This document shows, one piece after another, positions 10,094 through 20,834 of a DNA stretch of 64,000 bases. A program made the translations under genes and the position numbers. Every line of letters begins with the position of its first letter. Position 1 is the stretch's first letter. The DNA is from Alphaproteobacteria bacterium (GTDB lineage Bacteria; Pseudomonadota; Alphaproteobacteria; GCA-2731375): contig CBDDBZ010000021.1 in NCBI GenBank assembly GCA_965225945.1, positions 1 to 64,000 of the forward strand. Reading direction: 5' to 3'. The notes beneath the pieces are model-generated. The model ran no database searches. It was not told the origin of the DNA and saw only the letters and a list, made by a program, of their open reading frames with translations.

Positions 10094-10528
10094 TCAGTCT
10101 CCGAACGGCTGGATGCCGCGGTCTTCGTGGGTCTGGTTGACGATGCCTTGGTCCTCGACCAGCTTGCTCACCAGCAGGTAGCGCATGCCGTCCCGCTCGA
10201 TGCTGGTGCCCTCGAAGGTGACCTTGTGGGTCTGGATCTCGAGCACGCCCTGGGGCGCCACGTTGCCGGGCTCGTCCCCGACCTCGAGGATGACGTGCAC
10301 CACGCCGTCGGCGTCGACGATGCCGACGGGAACGCCGCCGACCGCGCACCAGAGCGCGCACTGGTGATGCGCCGTGCCCAGCGGATACATGATCTCCGTC
10401 AGATAGCACCAGGAATCGATGATCTCCCCGGTGACCGTGACCTTCTTGCCCGCCGCCGCGCCGGCGGGGCCGGCGCCGAGAGCGAGGAGCGAAGCGACGA
10501 GCGCCGCCGATAATATTCTCATCGCCAA
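10094..10528 (-). CDS. exported Cys/His-containing hypothetical protein
   Basis: Signal peptide; VTGEIIDSWCY...HHQCALWCAVGGVPVG. Confidence 0.75.
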   Translation of the reverse strand: MAMRILSAALVASLLALGAGPAGAAAGKKVTVTGEIIDSWCYLTEIMYPLGTAHHQCALWCAVGGVPVGIVDADGVVHVILEVGDEPGNVAPQGVLEIQTHKVTFEGTSIERDGMRYLLVSKLVEDQGIVNQTHEDRGIQPFGD

Positions 10529-10620
10529 AACTCCAGATGCCTGTCGCGCGGCAAATGTAGCACCCCCGCGCGGAGGCCACTTCTCACTATTCGGTCACGC
10601 CTCCGGGGCGGGGGAGGGGC

Positions 10621-13374
10621 TTATTCCGCCGCTTGGGCGTCGCCCAGCGGTTCGGCCCGGACGGCGCAGAACTTGACCTCGGGGATCTTGCCGAAGGGAT
10701 CGAGCGCCGCGTTGGTCAACAGGTTGGCCGCCGCCTCGGCGAAGCAGAAGGGGATGAAGACGAGGCCGGCGGGTATGCCCGAATCGACCCGAACCGCCAG
10801 CTCCACGGCGCCCCGCCGGCTCGCCAAACGAACCCGGCCGCCCGGCGCCAGGCCAAGGCGGGCGAGGTCGCCGGGGGCGAAGTGCGCCGTCGGCCCGGGC
10901 TCGATGCTGTCCAGCACCTCGGCGCGGCGCGTCATGGCGCCGGTGTGCCAATGCTCCAGTACCCGGCCGGTGGTCAGTATCAGGGGGTAGTCCTCGTCCG
11001 GTTCCTCGTCCGGCGGAATGATGGCGGCGGGGACGAACTTGCCCCGCCCGCTCGGCGTCGGGAAGCCCTCGGCGAACATCAGCGGCTGGCCCGGATCGTC
11101 CGCGTCGCGGCAGGGATAGGTGACCGCGCTTTCGGCTTGCAGACGCTCCCAGCTTATCCCCTCGATCGAGGCCATCACCCGGCGCATCTCCTCGAACACC
11201 TCGGCCGGACCGTCGTAGGCCCAATCGAGGCCGAGGCGCCGCGCGATCTCCTGGATGATCCAAAGGTCCTGGCGCGCCTCGCCGGGAAGCGCAATCGCCT
11301 TCCGGCCCATCTGCACCTGACGATTGGTGTTGGTGACGGTGCCGTCCTTCTCCGGCCAGGCGGAGGCGGGCAGCACCACGTCGGCGTAGCAGGCGGTCTC
11401 GGTCAGGAACAGATCCTGCACCACCAGATGCTCCAGCATCGCCAGGGCGGCGCGGGCATGGCTCACGTTGGGGTCTGACATCGCCGGGTTTTCGCCCATG
11501 ATGTACATGGCGCGAATCTCGCCGTCGTGCACCGCTTCGGTGATCTCGACCACCGTCAGGCCGGGCTTCGGGTCCAACTCGGCTTGCCACAAATCCTCGA
11601 AGCGGCCGCGGATAGCGGCGTCCTCGACCGACTGGTAGTCGGGGAGAAACATCGGGATCAGGCCGGCGTCGGAAGCGCCCTGGACATTGTTCTGGCCCCG
11701 TAACGGATGCAGGCCGCTGCCGGGCCGCCCGACTTGCCCACACATCAGGCAGAGCGAGATCAGGCAGCGCGCATTGTCGGTGCCGTGGATGTGCTGCGAG
11801 ATGCCCATGCCCCAGAACACCATCGCCGCCTTGGCGGTGGCGAAGGCGCGGGCGGCCTCGCGGACGTCTTGCGCGGGCACGCCGGTGACGGCCTCCATCT
11901 CCTCGGGCGCATAGGCCGCCAAGTGAAGGGCCAGGGCCTCGTAGTTCTCGGTATGGGCTTGAATGTATTGCCGATCGACCAAGCCCTCGGTGACGATGAC
12001 GTGCATCATCGCATTCAACAGCGCGACGTCGGTTCCCGGCTTCTCCCGCAGCATCCAAGTGGCGTGGTGGCTGAGCGCCTGGCCCCTGGGATCGACGACG
12101 ATCAGCTTGGTGCCGCCGGCGACGGCGTTCTTGAAGAAGGTGGCGGCGACGGGATGGTTTATCGTCGGGTTGGCGCCGATCACCATCACCACGTCGGCAT
12201 TCATCGCCTCGGTGAAGGGGGCGGTCACCGCGCCGGAGCCGATCGTCTCCAGCAGCGCCGCCACCGATGAAGCGTGGCAGAGCCGGGTGCAGTGGTCGAC
12301 GTTGTTGGTGGCGAAGCCGACCCGCACCAGCTTCTGGAAGAGATAGGCCTCCTCGTTGGAGCCCTTGGCCGAGCCGAAACCGGCGAGCGCGCCACCGCCG
12401 CGCGCGTCGCGGACCCGCTTGAGGCCGTCGGCGGCGACCTCGAGCGCCTCCTCCCAGCTCGCCTCGCGGAAGTGCGTCCAAGGGTTGGCGGGGTCGATCT
12501 CGACGTCGTCCTTGGCCACGCCTGGCTTGCGGATCATCGGCTTGGTCAGACGGTGGGAATGGTGGATGTAGTCGAAGCCGTAGCGTCCCTTGACACAGAG
12601 CCGGCCCATGTTGGCCGGCCCCTCGCGGCCGTCGACATAGAGGATGCGTTCGTCCTTGACGTTGTAGGTGAGCTGGCAGCCGACGCCGCAATAGGGGCAA
12701 ACCGAATCGACCCGGCGGTCCGGCGTCAGCTTGGCGACCTCGCCCGCCGGCATCAGCGCGCCGGTGGGGCAGGCCTGCACGCATTCGCCGCAGGCGACGC
12801 AGGTGCTCGCCCCCATGGCGTCGCCGAAATCGAAGACGATCCGGGCCTCGGACCCGCGCCCCGCCATACCGATGACGTCGTTCCCCTGGACTTCCCGGCA
12901 GGCCCGGACACAGAGCGTGCAGTGGATGCAGGCGTCCAAATTCACCGCCATCGCCGGGTGGCTGAGATCGGCGTCGGGCACGGTGTCGCGGGCGGCGAAG
13001 CGACTCGAGGCGACCGAGAGCGCCTCGGCCCAGCGCCAGAGCCGCGAATTGGGGTCGTGCGCCTCGGCTCGCGCCGGTTGGTCGGCCAGCAGCAGTTCCA
13101 TCACCATGGCCCGCGCGTTTCTCGCCCGGCGGCTTCGGGTGGTGACCTTCATGCCCGGCGCGGGTTCGCGGATGCAGGAAGCGGCGAGCACCCGCTCGCC
13201 CTCGATTTCCACCATGCAGGCGCGGCAGTTGCCGTCGGCCCGGTAGGTCGCGGCGGTGGAATAGCAGAGATGCGGCAGCACCGTGCCCTCGCGCTCGGCG
13301 ACCCGCCAAATGCTCTCGCCGGGGGCCGCCCCGACCTCGCGGCCGTCGAGCTCGAAGACGATGGCCTCGCTCAT
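10621..13374 (-). CDS. fdhF: formate dehydrogenase alpha subunit (Mo/W-bisPGD, N-terminal Fe-S domains)
   Basis: 2Fe-2S and 4Fe-4S motifs (CIHCTLCVRAC, CVACGECVQACP, CPYCGVGC), active site DHCTRLCH, LRGQNNVQG; start MSEAIVF. Confidence 0.93.
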   Translation of the reverse strand: MSEAIVFELDGREVGAAPGESIWRVAEREGTVLPHLCYSTAATYRADGNCRACMVEIEGERVLAASCIREPAPGMKVTTRSRRARNARAMVMELLLADQPARAEAHDPNSRLWRWAEALSVASSRFAARDTVPDADLSHPAMAVNLDACIHCTLCVRACREVQGNDVIGMAGRGSEARIVFDFGDAMGASTCVACGECVQACPTGALMPAGEVAKLTPDRRVDSVCPYCGVGCQLTYNVKDERILYVDGREGPANMGRLCVKGRYGFDYIHHSHRLTKPMIRKPGVAKDDVEIDPANPWTHFREASWEEALEVAADGLKRVRDARGGGALAGFGSAKGSNEEAYLFQKLVRVGFATNNVDHCTRLCHASSVAALLETIGSGAVTAPFTEAMNADVVMVIGANPTINHPVAATFFKNAVAGGTKLIVVDPRGQALSHHATWMLREKPGTDVALLNAMMHVIVTEGLVDRQYIQAHTENYEALALHLAAYAPEEMEAVTGVPAQDVREAARAFATAKAAMVFWGMGISQHIHGTDNARCLISLCLMCGQVGRPGSGLHPLRGQNNVQGASDAGLIPMFLPDYQSVEDAAIRGRFEDLWQAELDPKPGLTVVEITEAVHDGEIRAMYIMGENPAMSDPNVSHARAALAMLEHLVVQDLFLTETACYADVVLPASAWPEKDGTVTNTNRQVQMGRKAIALPGEARQDLWIIQEIARRLGLDWAYDGPAEVFEEMRRVMASIEGISWERLQAESAVTYPCRDADDPGQPLMFAEGFPTPSGRGKFVPAAIIPPDEEPDEDYPLILTTGRVLEHWHTGAMTRRAEVLDSIEPGPTAHFAPGDLARLGLAPGGRVRLASRRGAVELAVRVDSGIPAGLVFIPFCFAEAAANLLTNAALDPFGKIPEVKFCAVRAEPLGDAQAAE

Positions 13375-15080
13375 GGCAGCTCCTCCGAGAAATATTTCAT
13401 GGCGCTCCGGATCGGATTCGCCGCCGCCTGACCCAGTCCGCAGATCGACGCCTCCGCCATGACGCCCGCCAGATCTTCCAGCAGCGCGCCGTCCCAGCCG
13501 CCGTTCGTCATCTCCGCCAGCGCTTTTTCGGTGCCGAGGCGACACGGCGTGCACTGTCCGCAGCTCTCGTCATGGAAGAAGGCGGTGAGATTGCGGGTCG
13601 TCTCGGCGATCGCGTCTTGGTGCGAGAGCACGATGATGGCGGCCGAGCCGATGAAGCCGCCATGCGGCTCGAAGCTGCCGAAGTCGAGCGGCAGATCGGC
13701 CATGGCGGCCGGGAAGATGCCGCCCGAGGCACCGCCCGGCAGGAAGGCCTTGAGCTCATGGCCCTCGGCCATGCCGCCGCAGTGGGTCTCGATCAATTCC
13801 GTCAGGCTGATCCCGGCCGGCGTGATCTTGACGCCCGGGAGGCGGACCCGGCCGGAGACGGAGAAGGTGCGAAGTCCGACATGGCCCTCCTTGCCTTGGG
13901 CTTTGAACCAGTCCGGCTCCCGTTCCACCAGGTCGCGTACCCAGTAGAGCGTCTCGACGTTGTTGATCAGCGTCGGCCGGGCGAACAGGCCCACCTGCGA
14001 GGGGAAGGGCGGCTTGTGGCGCGGCAGGCCACGCTTGCCCTCGAGGCTCTCCAACATCGCCGATTCCTCGCCGCAAATATAGGCGCCGGCGCCGCGCCGC
14101 AGGTGGATCGTCGGCAACGCGAGGTCGAGCTCCCCCAGCGCCGCGATCTCGCGCTCCAGCAGGCGGCGAACGTCGGGGTATTCATCGCGCAGGTAGAGGT
14201 AGACGTCGCCCGCCTCCACCACCCAAGCACCGATCAGCATGCCTTCCAAGAAGCGGTGCGGGTCGCTCAGCATGAAATGGCGGTCCTTGAAGGTTCCGGG
14301 CTCGCTCTCGTCCGCGTTCACGGCCATGAGACGGGGGCCGGGCTCCTGGCGCACGAAACGCCATTTTCGCCCGGTGGGGAAGCCGGCGCCGCCGAGGCCG
14401 CGAAGACCCGAGTCTTCCAGGCGTTCGATGATCGCTTCCGCCGTCCGTTCGCCCGCGTGACACTGGGCCAGGAGGGCATAGCCACCAGCGTCGCGATAGG
14501 CCTGTAAATCGACATGGTCCCCCAACGCATCGTCGGCCGGCCCGTCGATCGCCGCCCGGACCTCGGCCAGCGAGGGATTTGCGAGAAAGCGCCGAGCGAT
14601 CCGGACCACCGGACCCTGGTCGCAGCGCCCCATGCAGGCACCGTGGGTGACCCGCGCAGAATCGCCGAGTTCAGCCGCGATCTCGTCCCTGAGCGAATTG
14701 GCCCCGAGCAGCGCGCAGGTCAGGCTGTCGCAGACCCGAACGGTAGTTGCCGGCGGCGCGCTCTCGCGCTCCCTCACCACGTCGAAGTTGTGATAGAAGG
14801 TCGCGACTTCGTAGACCTCCGCCATCGCCAATCGCATCTCCGCCGCCAACGCCGCCAGATGCGCCGCGCCCAGATGACCGAAGCGGTCTTGGATCGCATG
14901 CAGGTGTTCGATCAGCAGGTCGAGGCGCCGCGGCGCCTCGCCCAGGACCTCGCGCACCTGGGCCAGCGCCCCGGGATCGACTTGGCGGCCCTTCGGCGTC
15001 GCCGCGCCGCGTCCCTTGCCCTGACCGGGATGAAACTCGCGATGGGCGGCGGCGCCCGCCATATGGTCGGCTTCGGTCAT
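13371..15080 (-). CDS. NAD-dependent formate dehydrogenase beta subunit (NuoE-NuoF-like fusion)
   Basis: NuoE-like (EVATFY, VCDSLTC, CMGRC) then NuoF-like (GLRGLGGAGFPTG, NADESEPG, GAGAYICGEE, ESCGQCTPCR); start uncertain. Confidence 0.88.
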   Translation of the reverse strand: MTEADHMAGAAAHREFHPGQGKGRGAATPKGRQVDPGALAQVREVLGEAPRRLDLLIEHLHAIQDRFGHLGAAHLAALAAEMRLAMAEVYEVATFYHNFDVVRERESAPPATTVRVCDSLTCALLGANSLRDEIAAELGDSARVTHGACMGRCDQGPVVRIARRFLANPSLAEVRAAIDGPADDALGDHVDLQAYRDAGGYALLAQCHAGERTAEAIIERLEDSGLRGLGGAGFPTGRKWRFVRQEPGPRLMAVNADESEPGTFKDRHFMLSDPHRFLEGMLIGAWVVEAGDVYLYLRDEYPDVRRLLEREIAALGELDLALPTIHLRRGAGAYICGEESAMLESLEGKRGLPRHKPPFPSQVGLFARPTLINNVETLYWVRDLVEREPDWFKAQGKEGHVGLRTFSVSGRVRLPGVKITPAGISLTELIETHCGGMAEGHELKAFLPGGASGGIFPAAMADLPLDFGSFEPHGGFIGSAAIIVLSHQDAIAETTRNLTAFFHDESCGQCTPCRLGTEKALAEMTNGGWDGALLEDLAGVMAEASICGLGQAAANPIRSAMKYFSEELP

Positions 15081-15306
15081 CTGCCTCGCGCCCTCCGCTC
15101 GGAATTCAGCGTCTTCTTGGACCGCCGTCGCCCCGCCGGTCAAGCCCGGGACTCATTCTCCCGAATCACCGCGAGCGAGACCAGCTCGCCGGGCGCGAGA
15201 ACCCCTGGCGTCACGGCTTCTCTTCCGCCCCCGATGCGACGGTGACAGGGAAGGGCGTCTATCGGAGCTTGACGGCACCTGTCTGGTAATTCGAAACTCC
15301 GCGCCC

Positions 15307-15939
15307 ATGGAAGATCTCGATCTCGCGGCCCTGCTCTGCACCCGCCTCTGTCACGATTTGGTCGGCCCCGTCGGCGCGCTCGGCAACGGCGTCGAGTTGT
15401 TGGAGGACGAGGACGGCGCGGATATGCGCGAACAGGCGCTGGCGCTGCTGGCGACGAGCGCGCAACAGGCCAACCGGCGGCTGCGCTTCTTCCGTCTCGC
15501 CTTCGGCGCCCTGAAATGGGGCGACGAGCCGATGGACGAGGGCGAGGCGCGGGCCATCGCGGCGGGCATGCTGGAAGGCGCGCGCACCGCCCTCGACTGG
15601 CCGTCGGGACGCCTCGTCGGCCTGACCCAAGACCGGGGGCGGTTGCTCCTGAACCTGCTGCTGGTCGCCGCCGAATGCCTGCCGAACGGCGGCGAAATTC
15701 GCGTCGGCGGGGCGGTTGAGCCGCCGAGCGCGGATGTGCTCGCGCTCGCCGCCGTCGGCCAGGGCGCGCGACTGGGCGACGGGTTGTGGGACGGCATCTC
15801 GGACCAAATCCCCACCCGCGAGCTTGAAAGCCGGGTCGCCCCGGCCCGCCTGGCGGCACGCCAGGCCGTCGCCCTGGGTGGCAGGCTCTCGTGCGAGCCC
15901 GGCGAGGGCATGGTCATATTCACCGTCCGCTGGGAATAG
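15307..15939 (+). CDS. chpT: histidine phosphotransferase ChpT
   Basis: LAALLCTRLCHDLVGPVGALGNG, RLRFFRLAFG; upstream of che operon. Confidence 0.88.
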   Translation: MEDLDLAALLCTRLCHDLVGPVGALGNGVELLEDEDGADMREQALALLATSAQQANRRLRFFRLAFGALKWGDEPMDEGEARAIAAGMLEGARTALDWPSGRLVGLTQDRGRLLLNLLLVAAECLPNGGEIRVGGAVEPPSADVLALAAVGQGARLGDGLWDGISDQIPTRELESRVAPARLAARQAVALGGRLSCEPGEGMVIFTVRWE

Positions 15940-16102
15940 GTGACCCGAACCGGAAACCGCGCGACGGTCTTCGCCGCAAGACATCGAAACATCCCGTCTT
16001 CACCGGTTCTTAACGCGTCCTCGACAATATTGGCCCTCGATCAGGTGACAGCCCGCCGAGGCACGACCGTCATCGCCCGAGGCAACGAATCAGGTGGCCA
16101 GC

Positions 16103-18786
16103 ATGGACGAGCTTCTCAGTGAGTTTCTGACCGAGACCAACGAAAGCCTCTCGACGCTCGATAACGAGGTCGTCAATCTCGAACGGAACCCCGAAAACCC
16201 CGGTCTCATCGACAACATTTTCCGCTTGGTGCACACCATCAAGGGCACCTGTGGCTTCCTCGGCTTGCCGCGCTTGGAGACGGTCGCGCATGCCTCGGAG
16301 AACGTGCTCGGAAAGATCCGTGACGGCGAGCTGGCGGTCGATGCAAAGGGGGTGTCCCTGATCCTCGCCTCGCTCGATCGGATCAAGGATATCCTGAACG
16401 CGCTGGAGGCCACCGAATGCGAGCCCGAGGGCGAGGACGGCGAGCTGATCCGGGCGCTCGATGCCATGGCCGAGGACGCCCAGAAGCCGGCCCCGGTAGA
16501 GCTGGCCAGCACGGAAATGGAGAGCGAGGAAGTCCGCGCTCCGGGCCCCGAACGGGCGTTGAAGGCGGGCGAGGTGTCGCTCGAGGAGTTGGAGCGCGTT
16601 TTCCAGGAGACAGCGGGCCCCGAGAGCACGGCGCCGGAGGCGCCGAGCATCGCAGCGCCCGACGAGGTCGTCGAGGCGCTGAAGGCGGAGGCCCTCGAGA
16701 GCCCGACGCCCAGCGGTGATTCGGGAATCGCCAACCATCGATCCGGGTCACCGTCGACCTCCTGGAGAACCTGATGACCATGGTCAGCGAGCTGGTGCTG
16801 ACCCGCAATCAGCTCCTGCAGATGGTCCGCGCCCAAACCGACAGCGCGTTCAAGGTTCCTCTCCAAAGGCTCTCTCACGTCACGACCGAGCTGCAGGAAG
16901 GGGTGATGAAAACTCGAATGCAGCCGATCGGAAACGCCTGGGCCAAGCTGCCCAGGATCATTCGCGATCTCGGCCAGGAGCTCGACAAGAAGATCGATCT
17001 GGAGATGCTGGGTTCCGATACCGAGCTCGATCGCCAGGTCTTGGAGCTGATCAAGGATCCCTTGACCCACATGGTCCGCAACTCGGCCGATCACGGTCTG
17101 GAGAGCCGTGCCGATCGCCTGGCGGCCGGCAAGCCGGAGGCCGGACGAATCGTGCTGAACGCCTTCCACGAAGGCGGCCACATCATCATCGAGATCAGCG
17201 ACGACGGCCGCGGCCTCGACGTGGACAAGCTGAAGGCAGTGGTGATCGAGAAGGAACTGGCCACCCCGGCCGAGTGCTAATCCATGACCGATCAGCAGGT
17301 CATGCAGTTCATCTTCAAGCCGGGCTTCTCCACCGCCCAGGCGGTGACCAGCGTCTCCGGGCGCGGCGTCGGCATGGATGTCGTGCGCACCAACATCGAA
17401 AAGATAGGCGGCACCATCGACCTTCGCTCCGAACTCGGCAAGGGCACGAGTTTGACGATCAAGATCCCCCTGACGCTGGCGATCGTCTCGGCTCTGATCG
17501 TCGAGTGCCGGGGCGAGCGTTTCGCCATCCCGCAGATCTCCGTCATCGAACTGGTCCAGGCCTCCGGACACAGCGAGAACCAGATCGAGACGATCAACGA
17601 GACACCGGTGCTCAGACTGCGCAATCGCCTGCTGCCGCTGGTCTACCTCGGCGATTGCCTGCGGCTCGCGCGCGACGGCGAGGAGACCGGCGACGCGAAG
17701 GAGGAACTCTACGTCGTGGTCACGCAAGTCGGCGCCTATACCTTCGGCATCGTCGTAGATCAGGTCTTCGATGCCGAGGAGATCGTGGTCAAACCGGTGG
17801 CGCCGTTGTTGCGCGACATCTCGATGTTCTCCGGCAACACCATCCTCGGCGACGGCACCGTGATCATGATCCTCGATCCCAACGGCATCGCCGCCGAGAC
17901 CATCGATTCGGGGGTGCGCGAAAGCGATACCGAAGTCGCGGTCGAGGCCGCGAGCCGGCGGGCCGACGATACGATGTCGTTCCTGGTATTCCGCGTCGGC
18001 AGCAGCGAACCGAAGGCGGTGCCGCTCTCCCTGGTCGCCCGCTTGGAGGAGATCGAGGTCGACACGATCGAGACTTCCAACGACCGCTTGGTGGTCCAGT
18101 ATCGGGGGCAATTGATGCCCTTGGTCAAGCTCGATGCCGATTTTCAACTCTCGACGAGCGGCCGTCAGCCGATCCTCGTGTTCTCCGACAAGGGTCACAG
18201 CATGGGTCTGGTGGTCGACGAGATCATCGACATCGTCGAGGATCGCCTGAAGGTCGAGATCGGCTCCGATCGACCGGGCTTCATCGGCAGCGCGGTGATC
18301 GACGGCAAGGCGACCGAGCTCCTCGACGTCATCTATTATCTCGAGCAGGCGACCGGCAACTGGTTCAAGCGGCAAGGCGACGAAGCCTTCGGAACCGGCG
18401 AGCAGGCACGCCACATATTGCTGGTCGACGACAGCCCGTTTTTCCGCAACATGCTGACTCCTCTGCTGCAAGTCGCCGGCTACGCGGTGACCTCGGTGGA
18501 AGATGCCGATCAGGCCTTGGGCTTGCGCGAGCGTGGCCAGAGCTTCGACGTCATCATCAGCGACATCGAGATGCCGGGCATGGACGGCTTCCTCTTCGCC
18601 GAGGAGGTGAAACGGGACGCGCGCTGGCAGGAGACGCCGATCCTGGCGCTTTCCTCTCATACGACCCCGAGAGATTTCGAACGCGGTCGCGAGGTCGGCT
18701 TCAACGACTACCTCGCGAAGTTCGACCGTGACGCGCTGCTCGAGTCTCTTTCTCAAACCATCGCGATCAGTGGAGGTGCGGCATGA
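16103..18786 (+). pseudogene. cheA: hybrid CheA (Hpt-dimer-HATPase-CheW-CheW-REC) with frameshift and nonsense codon
   Basis: Hpt FRLVHTIKG; 1-bp loss at ~16737 breaks N(Q)[13 protein letters not shown]; in-frame TAA at 17278-17280 between ATPAEC and SMTDQQ...FKPGFSTA; C-terminal REC. Confidence 0.9.
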
Positions 18787-19253
18787 GCGACGATTCTCCC
18801 ACCAGCGGCGGTCCCGACGGTGCTCAATCGTTCGTCACCGCCACTCTTTCCGGCCAGCTCTTCGGGGTGCCGGTGCTCTCGGTGCACGACATATTGAGTC
18901 CCCACGCGCTCACCGATATTCCGCTCGCGTCGGCGGAGGTGGCGGGCGCGCTCAACCTGCGCGGCCGAATTGTCACCGCGATCGACCTCCGGGTCCGGCT
19001 CGGCATGCCGCCGGCGGATCGAGGAAAGTCGATGGGTATCGTCGTCGAGCACCTGGGTGAGCCCTATAGCCTGCTGATCGACGAGGTAGGAGAGGTGTTG
19101 AGCGTCCCCTCCGAGGCCTTCGAACACAATCCACCGACGCTGGATCCGAGCTGGCGTGACGTCGCTTGCGGTGTCTTTCGCCTCGACCAACGCTTGATGG
19201 TGGTGCTGGACGTGGAGCGTTTGTTGGATTTTGGCGAAGCCCGCGCGGCGTGA
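18783..19253 (+). CDS. cheW: chemotaxis protein CheW
   Basis: VAGALNLRGRIVTAIDLR, LLIDEVGEV. Confidence 0.92.
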   Translation: MSDDSPTSGGPDGAQSFVTATLSGQLFGVPVLSVHDILSPHALTDIPLASAEVAGALNLRGRIVTAIDLRVRLGMPPADRGKSMGIVVEHLGEPYSLLIDEVGEVLSVPSEAFEHNPPTLDPSWRDVACGVFRLDQRLMVVLDVERLLDFGEARAA

Positions 19254-19308
19254 GCCCGACTCCGCAACCAACGCTACGGTCAGGGCACGTGCGAAACGAG
19301 GTAACCCC

Positions 19309-19677
19309 ATGAAATCCTGTCTGATCGTCGACGATTCGAAAGTCATCCGCATGGTGGCGCGACGCATTCTCGAGGAGTTGGAATTCGAGATCGTCGAGGC
19401 GGAAAACGGTGCGGCGGCCTTGGAGGCCTGCCGAGAGCACATGCCCGACGCCATCTTGCTCGACTGGAACATGCCGGTCATGGACGGGCTCGAGTTCCTG
19501 AAGACGCTACGGGAGGACAGCGAGTCGGGCCGTCGGGTGGTGGTCGTCTTCTGCACCACCGAAAACGACCTGAGCCACATCAAGATGGCGATCGAGGCCG
19601 GCGCGAACGAATACATCATGAAGCCGTTCGACCGCGACATCATCGAAACAAAGTTTACCCAGGTCGGATTGCTCTAG
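19309..19677 (+). CDS. cheY: chemotaxis response regulator CheY
   Basis: MKSCLIVDDS, LLDWNMP, CTTEN, IMKPFD. Confidence 0.92.
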   Translation: MKSCLIVDDSKVIRMVARRILEELEFEIVEAENGAAALEACREHMPDAILLDWNMPVMDGLEFLKTLREDSESGRRVVVVFCTTENDLSHIKMAIEAGANEYIMKPFDRDIIETKFTQVGLL

Positions 19678-20834
19678 TGACACCTGTAAATTCCCCCGAC
19701 GCTTCGCCGCGCCGCGCCGGCGACGCCATCAGGGTGATGGTCGTCGATGATTCCGCCGTCATCCGCGGCATGACCCGCCGATGGCTGGAGACGGACGCCG
19801 CGATCGAGATCGTCGCTTCGGCCGTCGACGGCGAGCAGGCGATCGCCGAGGCCCGCGCCAAGCGACCCGACGTCGTGGTCCTGGACATCGAGATGCCCCG
19901 AATGGACGGCATGGCGGCGCTTCCCGAAATCCTCGCGGTGGATCCGTCGATCAAGGTCGTCATGTCCTCCACCCTGACGCAACGCAATGCCGACCTCAGC
20001 CTGCGCGCGCTCGCCCTGGGCGCGGCCGACTACATCGCCAAACCGACTTCGCGCAAAGAGTTGCACGCCGAGGCGGGGTTCCGCCGAGAACTGGTCGATA
20101 AGGTCCTAGCGCTCGGGCGATCGCGCCAGATGCGACCCCGGGGCGACTCCCGCGCCATCCGTGGCCTCGATCCCGACCGCGAGGTTCGGGCCCGCCCGGA
20201 AGGCGGACTCTACGGCAAGTCGCCGATCCTGCTGCGCAAGCCGGCGGAGGTGGCGGCCCAGGTCATCGCCATCGGCTCTTCCACCGGCGGGCCAATGGCC
20301 TTGATGGCGCTGCTCGAGGGGCTCCGCGACAAGGTCGATCTGCCGATCCTGATCACCCAGCACATGCCGGCGACCTTCACCGAGATGCTCGCCCAGCACA
20401 TCGAGAAGGGAACCGGGTGGCCGTCGGGCGAGGGCCGTGACGGCCAAGCGCTCGAGAAGGGCCGCGTGATCGTCGCGCCGGGCGGCCATCACATGACCAT
20501 CGAGGGCGGCTTCGGACGACCCGTGATCCGCCTGAACGACGAGCCGCCGGAGAATTTTTGCCGGCCCGCCGTCGATCAACTGTTTCGTGGATTGGCCGCC
20601 AGCCATGGGGCCAAGGTCCTGGCGATCATCCTCACCGGAATGGGCCACGACGGCCTCGCCGGGGGTCAGACCTTGGTGCAAAAAGGCGCCACGATCATCG
20701 CCCAGGACGAGGCGACCAGCGTCGTCTGGGGGATGCCCGGCGCGGTCGCCACGGGCGGCCTGTGCAGCGCGGTTCTGCCGCTCTCCGAACTCGCCGGCGC
20801 GGCGGCTCGGATCGCCCTCGGGAGACGGCTATGA
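19677..20834 (+). CDS. cheB: chemotaxis methylesterase CheB
   Basis: REC plus IGSSTGGP, TQHMP, LTGMGHDG. Confidence 0.93.
   Translation: MTPVNSPDASPRRAGDAIRVMVVDDSAVIRGMTRRWLETDAAIEIVASAVDGEQAIAEARAKRPDVVVLDIEMPRMDGMAALPEILAVDPSIKVVMSSTLTQRNADLSLRALALGAADYIAKPTSRKELHAEAGFRRELVDKVLALGRSRQMRPRGDSRAIRGLDPDREVRARPEGGLYGKSPILLRKPAEVAAQVIAIGSSTGGPMALMALLEGLRDKVDLPILITQHMPATFTEMLAQHIEKGTGWPSGEGRDGQALEKGRVIVAPGGHHMTIEGGFGRPVIRLNDEPPENFCRPAVDQLFRGLAASHGAKVLAIILTGMGHDGLAGGQTLVQKGATIIAQDEATSVVWGMPGAVATGGLCSAVLPLSELAGAAARIALGRRL

Noticed and set aside
16090-18756. 888-aa minus-strand ORF
   Set aside because: Antisense shadow of cheA caused by high-GC codon bias; no motifs.
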